Below, piece after piece: positions 30,679 to 39,440 of a stretch of 64,000 bases of DNA; the stretch's first letter is position 1, and each line of letters opens with the position of its first letter. The notes beneath the pieces are model-generated. The model was not told the DNA's origin and did not search any database. It was given only the letters and a program-made list of their open reading frames with translations. Source of the stretch: Geobacteraceae bacterium GWC2_55_20 (lineage in GTDB: Bacteria > Desulfobacterota > Desulfuromonadia > Geobacterales > Pseudopelobacteraceae); assembly GCA_001802125.1 (NCBI GenBank), contig MGZK01000130.1, forward strand, positions 243-64,242. Reading direction: 5' to 3'. The position numbers and the translations under genes are program-made.

Positions 30679-32337
30679 TCAGGCGGTTGTCACCGCTCCG
30701 GTGTGGGCCGAGGTGACAGCCTTGGCATAGCGGGCCAACCAGCCGGTCTTTATCTTCGGCTCCGGCGCCTTCCATTTTGCGAGACGTCCCGCCAGGGTGG
30801 CTTCGTCCACAAGCAGTTCTAGTTTGCGGGCAGGAATATCCAGTAGAATCCGGTCCCCCTCTTCCACCAGCGCGATCGGCCCTCCTTCGGCGGCCTCCGG
30901 CGAGATGTGGCCTATACAGGGGCCGCGGGTGCCCCCAGAGAAACGTCCATCGGTAATCAGCGCGACCGAGTCGCCCAGCCCCATGCCCATGATCGCGGCC
31001 GTAGGCGCCAGCATTTCGCGCATGCCCGGCCCCCCCTTGGGCCCTTCGTAGCGGATCACGACCACGTCGCCGGAGGTAATCCTGCCCTCCATGATGGCGG
31101 CCATGGCCAGTTCCTCGGCGTCAAAACAGCGGGCGGTGCCCTCAAACTGCATCATTGCCGCCGACACGCCGGACTGCTTGACGACAGCCCCTTTGGGAGC
31201 GATGTTGCCGGTAAGGATAGCAATGCCACCTTCCTTCTTCACCGGGTTCCCAAGCGGGCGGATGACCTCCTCGTCAACATTCTGAATGCTCTCGGCCAAC
31301 TGATGCGTGGTAAGGCCGAATAGCGTCTGCGTATCTTTTATCTTGTCTCCCAGCTGCTTGAACACACCGGCCACTCCGCCGGCAATGTCCAGGTCTTCCA
31401 TGAAATGCTCGCCGGCCGGGTTCATCGAAGCCAGCTGTGGCGTATCCTTGGCCAGTTCATCAAATAATTCCAGGGGCAGGTCCACTCCGGCCTCCCTGGC
31501 GATAGCCAGCAGGTGCAGCACCGTGTTTGATGACCCTCCCAAGGCCAGATCGACGCGGATGGCGTTCTCGAAGGCTTCACGGGTCATGATGCTGCGCGGA
31601 GTGATGTTGTTCTGAACCAGCTCGACGATCTTTTCACCGGAAGCAAAAGCTATGCGCCTTTTGAGAGCAGAGACAGCCAGAGCGGTGCCGCAGCGCGGCA
31701 GACTCATCCCCATCGTCTCGGTCAGTATCGCCATGGTGTTGGCGGTGAAGAGCCCCTGACAGGAACCCATGCCGGGACAGGCGTTATCCTCACAAACCTG
31801 CAGCTCCTTGTCACTTATCACTCCGGCCTTGTAACGGGCCATCGCCTCGAATGTATCGGATACGAACGAAAACTGGCGGCCGGACTGGCCGCGACCACTC
31901 ATCATCGGGCCGGCGGTAACGACGATGCAGGGAATATCCAGCCGAGCGGCGGCCATCAGCATGCCGGGGGTGATCTTGTCGCAGTTGGTCAGCAGCACCA
32001 GGCCGTCCAGCCGGTGCGCCTCGGCCACCGACTCGACCATATCGGCGATCAGCTCGCGGGTCGGCAGAGAATAGTGCATCCCCTTATGCCCCATGGCCAT
32101 GCCGTCACAGACGCCGGGAATGCCGAAGAAAAAGGAGTGGCCTCCGCCGGTATGAACGCCCTTTTCGATGAAGCGCTCAAGATCGCGCATGCCCACATGG
32201 CCGGGGATAAGATCGGTAAAGCTGGTCGCAACCCCGATGAACGGCTTGTCCATCTGGCTCTGCGGTACGCCGGTTCCCTTCAGCAGAGCGCGATGCGGCG
32301 TCCTCTCAAGTCCTTTTGTAATTGTGTCGCTGCGCAT
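30679..32337 (-). CDS. ilvD: Dihydroxy-acid dehydratase
   Basis: [31 protein letters not shown]. Confidence 0.96.
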   Translation of the reverse strand: MRSDTITKGLERTPHRALLKGTGVPQSQMDKPFIGVATSFTDLIPGHVGMRDLERFIEKGVHTGGGHSFFFGIPGVCDGMAMGHKGMHYSLPTRELIADMVESVAEAHRLDGLVLLTNCDKITPGMLMAAARLDIPCIVVTAGPMMSGRGQSGRQFSFVSDTFEAMARYKAGVISDKELQVCEDNACPGMGSCQGLFTANTMAILTETMGMSLPRCGTALAVSALKRRIAFASGEKIVELVQNNITPRSIMTREAFENAIRVDLALGGSSNTVLHLLAIAREAGVDLPLELFDELAKDTPQLASMNPAGEHFMEDLDIAGGVAGVFKQLGDKIKDTQTLFGLTTHQLAESIQNVDEEVIRPLGNPVKKEGGIAILTGNIAPKGAVVKQSGVSAAMMQFEGTARCFDAEELAMAAIMEGRITSGDVVVIRYEGPKGGPGMREMLAPTAAIMGMGLGDSVALITDGRFSGGTRGPCIGHISPEAAEGGPIALVEEGDRILLDIPARKLELLVDEATLAGRLAKWKAPEPKIKTGWLARYAKAVTSAHTGAVTTA

Positions 32338-32458
32338 ACGGTTATCATCCTTGTCGATGGATTGAATGTTTCATCCCGTCAAACAGCCGATTGATGCGGC
32401 TTAGCGGGTTTGGAACAATAATATATAAGTTGGAATATGTCAATTGGAATACAAGAGC

Positions 32459-33238
32459 TTACTCACCCTTGAAGTTCGGCATCCGTTTTTCATAAAAGGC
32501 GCTTTTACCCTCAAGGTAATCGGCGCTGTCGTAGGCCTTGCGGCGCAGCCCCTGTATGCGTTCGAATGTCTCGGGACTCAGCGGGTGCGAATTTCCCAAC
32601 AGGCGGAGTTGCTCCTTGATCACCGAAATCGCCAGCGGGGAATTCTCGGTGATCTGACGGGCCATGGCATAACAGAAAGTATCCAACTGATCGGACGGGA
32701 CCAGGTGGTTGAGAATTCCGACCTGCAAGGCCCTTTCGGCATTGATCGGCTTGGCGGTAAAAAACATCTCGCGGGCCAATCGCGGACCGACCACATTAAT
32801 GAAATGCAGTATTCCGGTAGAGTTGTACGGAACCCCGATCTTGGCCGGTGTGATGGCAAATGAAGCGCTGGGACAGCCGATTGCGATGTCGCAGATGCAG
32901 GCTAGGTCGCATGCGCCTCCCCAGACGCTGCCTTCGATCATCGCCAGCACCGGTGCCGGAAACAGCTGGATCGCACGCAGAGCCTGCTCCAGTGGATCAT
33001 TGTAGGAGAGCGGATCCCGCCCCGGAACCGGCAGCTCCTTGATATCAAAGCCCGACGACCAGACCTTGACACCGGGCTTGGCGCGAATGATAACAGCACG
33101 CGCCTTGTGACGTTCAAAAAGATGGAACGCCTCGATCAGCTCGTTCAGCAGATCGTTTGAAAGGCTGTTGCGGGTCTCGTCATGATTGAAGGTGATGGTG
33201 CCGATTAGGTCGTTGTAAGATGTAATTATCAGTGACAT
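32459..33238 (-). CDS. scpB: Methylmalonyl-CoA decarboxylase (crotonase fold)
   Basis: KVWSSGFDI.ELP..GRDPLSY.DPL, WGGACDL, FERIQGLRR..YDS.DY.EG; ATG 33238 with GGGGAG RBS. Confidence 0.85.
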   Translation of the reverse strand: MSLIITSYNDLIGTITFNHDETRNSLSNDLLNELIEAFHLFERHKARAVIIRAKPGVKVWSSGFDIKELPVPGRDPLSYNDPLEQALRAIQLFPAPVLAMIEGSVWGGACDLACICDIAIGCPSASFAITPAKIGVPYNSTGILHFINVVGPRLAREMFFTAKPINAERALQVGILNHLVPSDQLDTFCYAMARQITENSPLAISVIKEQLRLLGNSHPLSPETFERIQGLRRKAYDSADYLEGKSAFYEKRMPNFKGE

Positions 33239-33533
33239 GTTCCGATTCTCCCCTGTGTCGGTTAAGTATCCACCGGAGTTATACGCCTGTGGGAACACTA
33301 ATACAAGTTCCTGATCGCATGAGGTTTTCAGCAGACAATCGGCTTCAATTGCATGGCCGGCAATCTCTGTGCATTCACCTGGGATTTTTTTATCGCACAT
33401 TAAAGAGTTTTCAGTTATTTGGTATAATTAGAAGTGTATACAACAGCAGGAAGTTCCACTAAAACCCTGGAACGGCCTTTTGGCAAGATTGTTTTGAGTT
33501 GAATTCGAATCTAATCCGGCAAGGGGTATTAAT

Positions 33534-34208
33534 ATGTGCGGACGCTTCACTTCATTGCTTTTGCCAGAACTTCTGTCAGCGACATTCGGTGTAGCTGTGC
33601 CGCAATCATGCAAGCCACGCTACAACATCGCTCCCACTCATCAGATTCCGATCATCAGAGAAGATAAGGACGGGGTACGACGGCTGTCGTTTGTCCGTTG
33701 GGGCCAGGCGCCATCCTGGGCCAATGATCTTGGCATCGGCACGAACCTGATCAATACGGCCGCGGAAACATTGACCGGTGAATCCGACTGGAACTGCCTG
33801 TCGGACAATTGCCGGTGCATAATACCGGCCAACGGGTTCTACATCTGGCAAAACGACGGTGACAAAAAACAGCCTTGGTACGTTACCCGCAAGGACGGCG
33901 CTCACATGGCCTTTGCCGGTCTGCTAAATCGCTGGAAAACACCGGGGGGAAAAGAAATAGATACATGCACCATCATCACAATGGCCGCCAATGGACTGAT
34001 TCGACCGATTCATGACCGCATGCCGGCAACCATTGCCGCGGAAGACTTCTCGCTCTGGCTTTCAGCTACCAGGTTTTCAGCAACAAAATACCGCGCCGTT
34101 TTGAAGACCGAGCCATCCGATACCCTGGATATCTACTCAGTCGGTTCACAGGTCAATCAGCCGGCCTTTGACACCAGCGCATGTATCAGAGACTTCAGAA
34201 CCCATTGA
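33534..34208 (+). CDS. SRAP/YedK-family abasic-site processing protein
   Basis: MCGRF start, RYNIAPT, HDRMP. Confidence 0.88.
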   Translation: MCGRFTSLLLPELLSATFGVAVPQSCKPRYNIAPTHQIPIIREDKDGVRRLSFVRWGQAPSWANDLGIGTNLINTAAETLTGESDWNCLSDNCRCIIPANGFYIWQNDGDKKQPWYVTRKDGAHMAFAGLLNRWKTPGGKEIDTCTIITMAANGLIRPIHDRMPATIAAEDFSLWLSATRFSATKYRAVLKTEPSDTLDIYSVGSQVNQPAFDTSACIRDFRTH

Positions 34209-34217
34209 AGACTGAAT

Positions 34218-34706
34218 TCAGTCTTCAATCGGATCAGTATTCCTTAGCCGTATGGTCAGCCCCTTCAGAAAATTCCTCAGGAACTGATCACCGCACTCCT
34301 TGTAATTCTTGTGCCCCTTGTTCCTGAACAGCGCACTCAATTCCGATTTTGAAATAACGATGTCAGCCAGTTTCATAACGGCGATCATATCTTCTTCCTT
34401 GAAATCAAGGGCGATTCGCAGTTTCTTCAAAATGGTATTGTTTGTCAGGTTTGTATCGGGTTTTGCCACCTGACCGCCAGCCGGTTCGCGGCGCCCCCTG
34501 TTTTTGGTTATCAAACCATCCAGAAAGAACGTCATCAGAGGATTACTGCACTCGATATAGTCATCCTCATCTTCCTTCTTTAGAAACTTGAGCAGGGTGG
34601 GCTGCTCGATGCTGCAGCCGGAAAGCTTGAATATCTCAACCATGGCCGGATTGCTGATATCCAGCGCATAGCGCAACCTGCGTAATATATCGTTGTTTGT
34701 CATCAT
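34218..34706 (-). CDS. DUF1456 (YehS-like) protein
   Basis: NNDILRRLRYAL, NNTILKKLRIAL, CGDQFLRNFL. Confidence 0.88.
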   Translation of the reverse strand: MMTNNDILRRLRYALDISNPAMVEIFKLSGCSIEQPTLLKFLKKEDEDDYIECSNPLMTFFLDGLITKNRGRREPAGGQVAKPDTNLTNNTILKKLRIALDFKEEDMIAVMKLADIVISKSELSALFRNKGHKNYKECGDQFLRNFLKGLTIRLRNTDPIED

Positions 34707-34829
34707 TTGGCTCCTGTATGGCTGTTTTGCATTAACGAGACACTTTTAAACTATAAACGTCAAATTATATACCGATATTTTTATATTAAATAGCCTTTAA
34801 TTATGCATTTGACAGTGTTATATTGAACT

Positions 34830-35009
34830 CAGTTGGAGAAGAGAATAACTGTTAAAAGGGGGGCGATGCTATCGAAGAAACTCCACCGGGCAGTACATTC
34901 AAGCAGGACGCATTATCGCTCCGGAGGCAAGTGGAGCCGGAATAATCCTTGAAAAGGTAACACGGAAATATCAAAAAAAGAAGCCCGCCTAAACAATTGG
35001 CGGGCTTTT
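34830..35009 (+). ncRNA. Candidate small RNA, copy A (paralog of 48939-49124)
   Basis: TGnTATATT -10 at 34816-34824, blocks conserved with copy B, terminal GC hairpin and U-tract; ends approximate. Confidence 0.6.
34981..35009. terminator. Bidirectional intrinsic terminator
   Basis: AAGCCCGCC...GGCGGGCTTTT with an upstream A-run; between copy A and the convergent topoisomerase gene. Confidence 0.75.
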
Positions 35010-35033
35010 CAATTGTCTGCCATTCGAGACATT

Positions 35034-36851
35034 TCAAGACTTGCCCTGCGATGTTTTCCGGCCAACAACCCTTTCAATCCAGACAGAAAGTTCCCTGCCG
35101 CTCTTCAGTGTCTCCTCCGGTATCGTCAAACCGCCTTTAGCCGCCAGGTCAGCGGCGTACTTGAGCTGCCCTTCGCTGGGCCCGCCACCCGCGCCGCGCG
35201 CAGCCGGTATGGTAAAACCCATCTTGTTGTGAACACCTTTGCAGAATCGTTGCCAGGTTTCCTTGTTCTCCACCACCAGATCAAGAAAACTCTCCATCCT
35301 GCTGGTCAGCTCATAATCTATCACCCAGGCGTGCTGTCCCCTCAGGTAATCAATCAGGGCTTCACCGGAGGGCATCGGAACCACCTTACCCTTCTCTTCC
35401 CTGACATAACCACGCCCGGTAATGTTTTTGGTGATCGCGGCATAGGTGGAGGGACGGCCGATGCCCAGCCGCTCCAGCTCCTTCACCAGTGAACCCAGCG
35501 TAAACCGTCCGGGCGGTTTGGTCTTTTTCTCATCCAGAACTTCCCCCAGCTTGGGCACCATTTCACCCGGCTCAACCGGCGGCAACAGCTGCAGTTTCTC
35601 GTCTTCACCCTTTTCCTTTTCCTCATCCGGCTCGGCATAGACCTTCAGAAAACCGTCGAAAACCAGTACCCTGCCGGAAGCCTTGAAGCGTTCCCCGGCC
35701 ACCTCGAAAAGCAGGACCGTTGAATCGAAGCGGGCCGGAGCCATCTGGCTGGCAACGGCACGCTTGAAGATCAGTTCGTAAAGTTTGGCATGTTCCTGTC
35801 TCAAGCCCTCCTTCACGACGATTCCGGCAATCTCGGCCATGGAATGCATATGGGTGGGACGGATGCCTTCATGCGCATCGGCCTGCGAGTTCTTGGATTT
35901 GTGCCGGTTGGGTTTTTCGGGTAGATAGCTGGAGCCGAGAGTTTTGCCCAGGAAATCGCGAATCTCGGCTATGAAGGCATCGTCCATCCGGACCGAATCG
36001 GTGCGGTGATAGGTGATGATGCCGTGGTCGAACAGCGCCTGGGCCAGTTTCATGGTCTGTTCTGGCGACAGTTTCAGCCGGACGGCTGCAGCCGCCTGCA
36101 GATCGACCGTTGTGAAAGGTGGCTTGGGCGATTGCCTGACCTCCTTTTTTTCAACCTTTGTCGCCAGCGCATGGGTTTCCGAACTGATGGCAGCCATAAT
36201 CGCCCGGGCATCCTCAACCAGTTCGAACTTGCCCCTGACGTGCCGCGCCAGAAACCTGACGCCGTCCTTGTCCAGCTGGATATCCAAAATCCAGTAGGGG
36301 GACGGTACAAAGGCCCGGATCTCGCGTTCACGGTCAACCACCAGCCGCACCGCCGGAGACTGCACCCTGCCGACGCTGTACTTGCCGCGCAGACTCCTGC
36401 TGGCGATCGGCGACAGGATGTAGCCGACCAGGCGATCGCCGATCCGGCGGCCGAGAAAGGCGTTGTAAAGCCCTGCGTTGGTCTTTTCGAACGGTACCGC
36501 CTTGGCCAGAGACTCCTTTAGCCCCTTCTCGGTAACTTCAAAGATCTCCATCCGCAGGCACTCCCTGGCAACGGATCGGACCTCCTGATGAATATGGCAG
36601 CTGATGGCATACCCTTCCCTATCCGGGTCACCGGCCAGCATCACGGTCTCACCCTTGGCGGCTGCCCGCAGTTCCTTGGGAAGGTTGGCCTTCTTCTCGT
36701 GGTAGACGAAGGTCGGCTCATAGCTCTTGAGATCGACGCCGATCGAGGAATCGGGCAGATCCTTGAAATGTCCCACCGTGGAGATGGTTTTGACCTTGAG
36801 GATCGCCTGGATTTTTTTCGCCTTGGTCGGCGACTCCACGATAATCAGCAT
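35034..36851 (-). CDS. Type IA DNA topoisomerase without C-terminal zinc ribbons
   Basis: IVESPTKAK, DPDREG, GRVQSP, ITYHRTDS, AHEGIRPT, GIGRPSTYA. Confidence 0.92.
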   Translation of the reverse strand: MLIIVESPTKAKKIQAILKVKTISTVGHFKDLPDSSIGVDLKSYEPTFVYHEKKANLPKELRAAAKGETVMLAGDPDREGYAISCHIHQEVRSVARECLRMEIFEVTEKGLKESLAKAVPFEKTNAGLYNAFLGRRIGDRLVGYILSPIASRSLRGKYSVGRVQSPAVRLVVDREREIRAFVPSPYWILDIQLDKDGVRFLARHVRGKFELVEDARAIMAAISSETHALATKVEKKEVRQSPKPPFTTVDLQAAAAVRLKLSPEQTMKLAQALFDHGIITYHRTDSVRMDDAFIAEIRDFLGKTLGSSYLPEKPNRHKSKNSQADAHEGIRPTHMHSMAEIAGIVVKEGLRQEHAKLYELIFKRAVASQMAPARFDSTVLLFEVAGERFKASGRVLVFDGFLKVYAEPDEEKEKGEDEKLQLLPPVEPGEMVPKLGEVLDEKKTKPPGRFTLGSLVKELERLGIGRPSTYAAITKNITGRGYVREEKGKVVPMPSGEALIDYLRGQHAWVIDYELTSRMESFLDLVVENKETWQRFCKGVHNKMGFTIPAARGAGGGPSEGQLKYAADLAAKGGLTIPEETLKSGRELSVWIERVVGRKTSQGKS

Positions 36852-36998
36852 GAATTACTGCACATGTTGAACTCCATCTTCAGTTTCCCATGGTTTAGCT
36901 ACGGATACCGGCATATTCCACTGGTGAATTCAATTAAACTGGTGTACTTTCAGCGGTATAGCATTTTGCATTTACATTCATTCCGGTGTGGAATCGTC

Positions 36999-37853
36999 AT
37001 GATTTTCAGAAAACTGTCCGAAGAGATGAAATTTACGATAGTCATCGTCGTAGCGGTACTGATGGTCCCGGTGGTATTCTATCTGCTCAACCTGTTTACC
37101 GACTTGAAAGCGCCACCAGCCAAACCGCGCGAGATGACCGTAATCGTAACCGAGGCCGAAAAGAAGCAGATTATGGCCAAGCTCCCTCCCCAGGAAGTAA
37201 TCAAAAGCGTTCGCGAAGCGATCAAGCAGGGCAATAACTCAACCGCCTACATGCAGCTGGGCAAGCCCCCCAAAGACTCCGCGGAATCCGAAGAGCTGCG
37301 CAAGCTGCTGGAAAAAGAGGCTAAATCACAAAAACGCCCCGGCATCAGGAAGGTAGCTGAAAACCCCCAGAATCCGGTCAAATATTTCGACGAGACCTCT
37401 CCCCGCGACAGATCTACCGATGCCTTTTATATCTACCTGGTCGATATTTACGGCACGGTCTGGCCACGCATCTGCATCCAGTCAGCTGGCAAAAAAGCGC
37501 TCGGCATCACCAGCTTCAGCATCAACGCCGATGGAAAAACATTTACAATCCAGCCTGCGATGGTCAAGGCCGAGAAGTTAGAGGACAAGGTTTCCGAATA
37601 TTTCGACGCGCTGCTAGACAAACAATCATACACCGCCCTGCAGGCCGTTCTCAGATCGCGCAAAGCATTGCTTAGCAGTATTGGCACAAAAGGAGAAGTG
37701 AAACGGGAGATAAGCGAACAGGAAAGAAAGGGTCTCTCCAGGATCCTGGACACCTATGCGGCGCTGGGGGGCAACTTTGCCTTTCTCCAGTCGGCCGCGC
37801 CGCTGCCGGCTCCTACAGCCCGCCACCCGAAAGCAACCGCCAAACAACGCTAA
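36999..37853 (+). CDS. Membrane-anchored hypothetical protein
   Basis: Single N-terminal TM then soluble domain; upstream part of the track ORF overlaps the topoisomerase gene and is discounted. Confidence 0.75.
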   Translation: MIFRKLSEEMKFTIVIVVAVLMVPVVFYLLNLFTDLKAPPAKPREMTVIVTEAEKKQIMAKLPPQEVIKSVREAIKQGNNSTAYMQLGKPPKDSAESEELRKLLEKEAKSQKRPGIRKVAENPQNPVKYFDETSPRDRSTDAFYIYLVDIYGTVWPRICIQSAGKKALGITSFSINADGKTFTIQPAMVKAEKLEDKVSEYFDALLDKQSYTALQAVLRSRKALLSSIGTKGEVKREISEQERKGLSRILDTYAALGGNFAFLQSAAPLPAPTARHPKATAKQR

Positions 37854-38660
37854 TCACCTCAGCAGCGCGCCAAATACCGCCCACCCCAACACCGCCACCG
37901 TCATAGCGGCACATACCAGAGCCAGGAGCTTATGGATCCACGATTCCGGCCGGCGGTCATTGTAGCCCGCGATCATGCCGATCAGGACACCGCCGACGAC
38001 GCCGCCGCCATGCCCCCAGTTGTTAATACCCGGAAAAATCAGCCCGAACAGGAACAGGCTGAAGATCCAGCCCCCTACCTCGCGATAGACAGTGTTGCCG
38101 TAAGCGCCACCCCGGCTCTTGCCGTAATAGAGCATCGCGCCGATCAGGCTGCAGACGGCCGCCGAAGCGCCAATCGTAAATGAAACACCGGCCAGATAGG
38201 AAACGATGAAGCCGAAAACTCCCCCCAACGTGTAGATGATCAGCAGGCGACTGGGTCCGTATTCGCTGATCACCAGCGGCGCTATCTGACGCAGCGCCAT
38301 CATGTTGAAGATGATATGCAGAATGCCGCCATGCAGGTAATTGGCGCTGAGCAGCGACCATATCCGGCCGTAATAGTCGATCGGCATCGTACCGGTGGCT
38401 CCCAGAAGCAGCAACCCGGTCTGTCCTGGAGACATGAATCCCCCCCCGTTACCACCGCCGATCATCAGCGAAAGCGCAAAGTACAGCACGTTGAGAGTGA
38501 TGATCGCCTTGACCAGCCAGTCACCATCGCCACCCTTTTGCGTCCAGTTTATCAGGTGCCACCAGGATGCCGAACGCGACGTTCCGCACCATGAGCAGAC
38601 CTTTTCTTCACTGCCAATCAACTGCCGGCAGCGTGGGCAGAGTATTGCCCGTTGTGTCAT
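37854..38660 (-). CDS. Rhomboid intramembrane serine protease with N-terminal zinc ribbon
   Basis: CPRC/CSWC, HGGILHIIFN, GASA, GHGGG. Confidence 0.9.
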   Translation of the reverse strand: MTQRAILCPRCRQLIGSEEKVCSWCGTSRSASWWHLINWTQKGGDGDWLVKAIITLNVLYFALSLMIGGGNGGGFMSPGQTGLLLLGATGTMPIDYYGRIWSLLSANYLHGGILHIIFNMMALRQIAPLVISEYGPSRLLIIYTLGGVFGFIVSYLAGVSFTIGASAAVCSLIGAMLYYGKSRGGAYGNTVYREVGGWIFSLFLFGLIFPGINNWGHGGGVVGGVLIGMIAGYNDRRPESWIHKLLALVCAAMTVAVLGWAVFGALLR

Positions 38661-38937
38661 TTTTTACCTCGTACTTTTGATCCCGGTAAACAAGCGGCCA
38701 AGAAACATCCGGAGATGACAATCATCCTGCAGGGTTTTTAAATATCACAAATGGGCTTCGGTATAAACAGCTTTCGACGAGAACGGCTAAATCGGCGGAT
38801 CAGAATATTGAAATTCCCTCGAACAAGGTCAACCATACCCGGCTGCCGGAAACGAGCATCAAGAAACATTTCCTTGTTGACTGTTTGAGAGAAAACGTGA
38901 TTTTATTTACTGCGTTACAAGTAGAAGGCATTTTCAG

Positions 38938-39297
38938 TTGTTTTTACGCAAAGACCATTTCATAGGGGCTAAATTGAGACTTGGCAGGCCGGTACAGCTT
39001 TTTGTCATCATAATGATTTCGTGTTTCCTGACAACACTCGGTATGCGGCTTTCTTTTCTCGACCGGAGCACTGGCCCCAAACCCAGACCCCGCGCTATAT
39101 TGAAATCCTTTACCAACACATCCGTTTCCACTTGCAAGGCTGTTAATCCGCCAGATCAGTTTTTGGGGATTGTGTCGCATCATCAGCTGCAAATCATGCC
39201 TGCTTCTTGCAATACAGGTGTCATATCTCTTCAGATCACACCGTCACCAAATCATCCAACAGCCACAACCTCCGGTCGTTCTCCACCACTCTGCTGA
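38938..39297 (+). CDS. Small protein with N-terminal hydrophobic segment and C-terminal RSPP; start uncertain
   Basis: LFVIIMISCFLTTLGM, KPRPRA, ends SGRSPPLC. Confidence 0.55.
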   Translation: MFLRKDHFIGAKLRLGRPVQLFVIIMISCFLTTLGMRLSFLDRSTGPKPRPRAILKSFTNTSVSTCKAVNPPDQFLGIVSHHQLQIMPASCNTGVISLQITPSPNHPTATTSGRSPPLC

Positions 39298-39440
39298 TTC
39301 CGTGTCTCCTTTTTACAATTTAAATTGGTTCTGACCATTTTGGTGTTGATTCCAGGCTGGTTAATGCGCCGACCGCCGTGCGGTCTACTGCGTTATCATC
39401 GCCTGGGAGCATCCTGCCATGCTCTCCGGAGAACTATCGA

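Noticed and set aside
34866..34952. 28-aa ORF with a G-rich RBS inside copy A
   Set aside because: The equivalent frame in copy B has no ATG and an internal TGA; not listed as a CDS.
34852..35037. Minus-strand ORFs 34852-35037 and 48913-49110 look like homologous proteins (GGL...YL.K..SG...LRS...PGGVSSI...PPF)
   Set aside because: Conserved blocks are identical at all codon positions while the rest changes non-synonymously. A 1-nt indel in the terminator loop breaks the frame upstream, and starts and stops differ. Better explained as the antisense shadow of the RNA element, though a few synonymous changes and an in-frame indel mean RNAcode should confirm.
36588..36998. N-terminal extension of the 421-aa ORF
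   Set aside because: Overlaps the topoisomerase gene on the opposite strand; real start is probably 36999.
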